In this document: piece after piece, positions 62,075 through 64,000 of the stretch
Layout: each line of letters opens with the position of its first letter
How positions within the stretch are numbered: position 1 is the first letter of the stretch
Assembly: GCF_963853765.1 (NCBI RefSeq)
Contig: NC_088855.1
Span: 8,246,001 to 8,310,000, forward strand
Length of the DNA stretch: 64,000 nt
Direction: 5' to 3'
DNA from: Magallana gigas
Taxonomy: Eukaryota
Notes under the pieces: model-generated
What the model saw: the letters and a program-made list of their open reading frames with translations, nothing else
Database searches by the model: none
Told to the model about the DNA's origin: nothing
Program-made: the position numbers and the translations under genes

Positions 62075-62933
62075 ATGACCAGCCGGCTTCTCTTTCTCTC
62101 CTCGCTGGTCGCTCTGGTAGCCTGGCCCGCTCGGGCACAAACGGGCACCTGTCCCGTGGTATCCAGCATCTCTGTGCAGCCCGGCTTTGATTATGAGAGC
62201 TTTGCCAATGAGTCCCGCTGGAATGTGGTGTTGTATAGTAAGATTATCCCCATCGAGGGGCTGGACATGCAGGTGGTCAAGTCTGACGTGTCCCTCATGT
62301 TCTCGAGGGACGCGGACAACAACAAGACTGTTACTCTGGGTAAGTTCCTGGGGAGGGGGAGGGAGTCATTTGCTAGTAGCTTTAAGGGGTCATTTTCTTT
62401 AAGTGTCTATAACAAAGGTATAGTCAACTGCTCTGCAATCCGAGCCTAGTTTCTATGATAACATCACGATGATATTCTATTCTATTATTCTTTGATAATA
62501 TTTTCACGCTTTCCTTCAAACAAAATAGCTATCATCCCTCAAGTTTGGTTTTTACATTGCAGCCGGTCGAGTCCGTTTAGCGAGTTCGTTTGCGTTCTGT
62601 CTCAAACTCCAGGGGAGCGTGGAGGATTCATCAGAGGTCCCGGCCAAGCTCCGACAGTCGTTCTACAATCCCCTCACTAACCAATTCCTGGACTTCAACT
62701 TTTGGATCCTTCACACAGACTACACGAACTTGGCTGTGGTGTACGCCTGTGAGAAAATAATGGCGGCGGACGGAACCTGTGACCCCGGGAGCAGTTATAT
62801 GTGGACTCTGTCCAGGGGTACGTCTCACACAGCGGCAGAGAAGGAGAGGATCCAGGAAATTTTCCAGTCGATGTGTCTGGATATGACCAGTCTAAGACAG
62901 ATCGAACACAGCGACGTGTGTCCGATGACGTAA
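62075..62933 (+). CDS. RBP4: Secreted lipocalin of retinol-binding protein 4 / purpurin type, 211 aa
   Basis: Exons 62075-62339 and 62563-62933 (phase-1 GT-AG intron). Signal peptide MTSRLLFLSSLVALVAWPARA, lipocalin motifs ILHTDY and TLSR, six Cys in RBP4 spacing, plus shared blocks P.EGL, GRVRL, PAK and DGTC. AATAAA at 63295. The symbol marks best recognised similarity; orthology is untested. Confidence 0.85.
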
Positions 62934-64000
62934 TGACTAAATCAAAGAACTGGAGACGAGGAATAGTATTCGGAACGGGACATCCCCGTCCCTCCTCCGT
63001 GTGTGTGTATACATGTATGTATATGTATGTGAACATTGCGTTGTCTCATTAATATACATTGTATTTATTTTTTGAAAACGGAGAAAAAAAATGGGCAACC
63101 CTTTCTTCTGAAAAATGCATTGCTGCAATTGTTATAATTGTGGATAGGACGTATGGATGTATATAAGCATATAATTTATGTATTATGCATGGGGCCACTG
63201 TGACGTCTTGAATCAATTCATACAAAGAATGAATCTATTAACCAATTTCCCGATTTTTAAAGAATTTGTTTGACAAATTACTGATTATTTGCCAAATAAA
63301 GATTTTACACAAATGCGAAATTAAAAAATATCAGTTTTTTATATGATTAAAACAGACGAACAAAAGCTGCACATGATCATAAAAACCGCAATACAAAAAC
63401 ATCTTCCTCTTCCGTTTAAAATTGTCTTTGAATTAATGAATGTTTCAAGTTCCCAATAAAGATTTTAACAAGACGCTGTACTCTTAAGAGTCATCAATTA
63501 AATTCTTGCAGTTGAACCAAAATATGTCCTCTTGATCTCTTCAGCATTCTCCGCGGTTTTTTTGTCTTCCTTTAACATGTTCGTTTGATACCGATGAAAG
63601 CTGAAGAATTTGTTCCCACTTAACATGCAAAACGTACTGCACTTCGGTCACTTTTGACGGGCTGTCACCAGAGCGGAGACAAGAAGCTATTTCTTACTCC
63701 CAGGACTGACCAGGATATACGCTATGTAATCCGGGAAACCGCGCATAGACCTACGTGAAAGCCAAAGATCAGCGCTTTTTGTGCCCTATAACATTCTAGG
63801 GCATATTGCTTGCAAACTTGTTTAATTCGGCTGGTGCCAAAATGTCTTTTGAGTTTGTACATAGAACCGAAGTCTTTGAATTAAACAGCATATATTTATA
63901 AATTGGATAAAGAGTACACTGTTTCGTTTGACACATTTCTTTTCATCAGATAATATTTAAAACTGCAAGTTTTTGACAGGTCCGAGTTTTGAATAACAAA

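Noticed and set aside
63480-63760. Possible coding remnant on the minus strand near the right edge
   Set aside because: All frames are interrupted within about 50 codons and I recognise no motif.

Overview
AT-rich, intron-rich animal genomic DNA. A bivalve/mollusc origin is my inference from composition and repeat style and is not provable from the window. I assembled seven protein-coding loci by hand from splice sites. From left to right: SLC6 Na+/Cl- transporter copy A (-, 13 coding exons in the window, last exon off the left edge); GPR157/cAMP-receptor-like GPCR-1 (+); SLC6 copy B (-, 14 coding exons, with a net 1-nt frameshift in exon 4); GPR157-like GPCR-2 (-); an intronless 483-aa orphan ORF (-) head-to-head with TRPC4AP (+, 23 coding exons, one GC-AG intron); and a secreted six-cysteine lipocalin (+) that closely resembles vertebrate retinol-binding protein RBP4. 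Introns carry many non-autonomous DNA elements: Helitron-like copies, TA-flanked MITEs, elements with 5-bp target duplications, and a 3.8-kb nested foldback element holding a decayed PHD-finger remnant. There is also a LINE endonuclease fragment, micro/minisatellites and one 129-N assembly gap. Best leads: the RBP4-like gene in an apparently invertebrate genome, and the alternating transporter/receptor cluster whose two SLC6 paralogs differ at substrate-pocket positions yet show patchy exon homogenisation.
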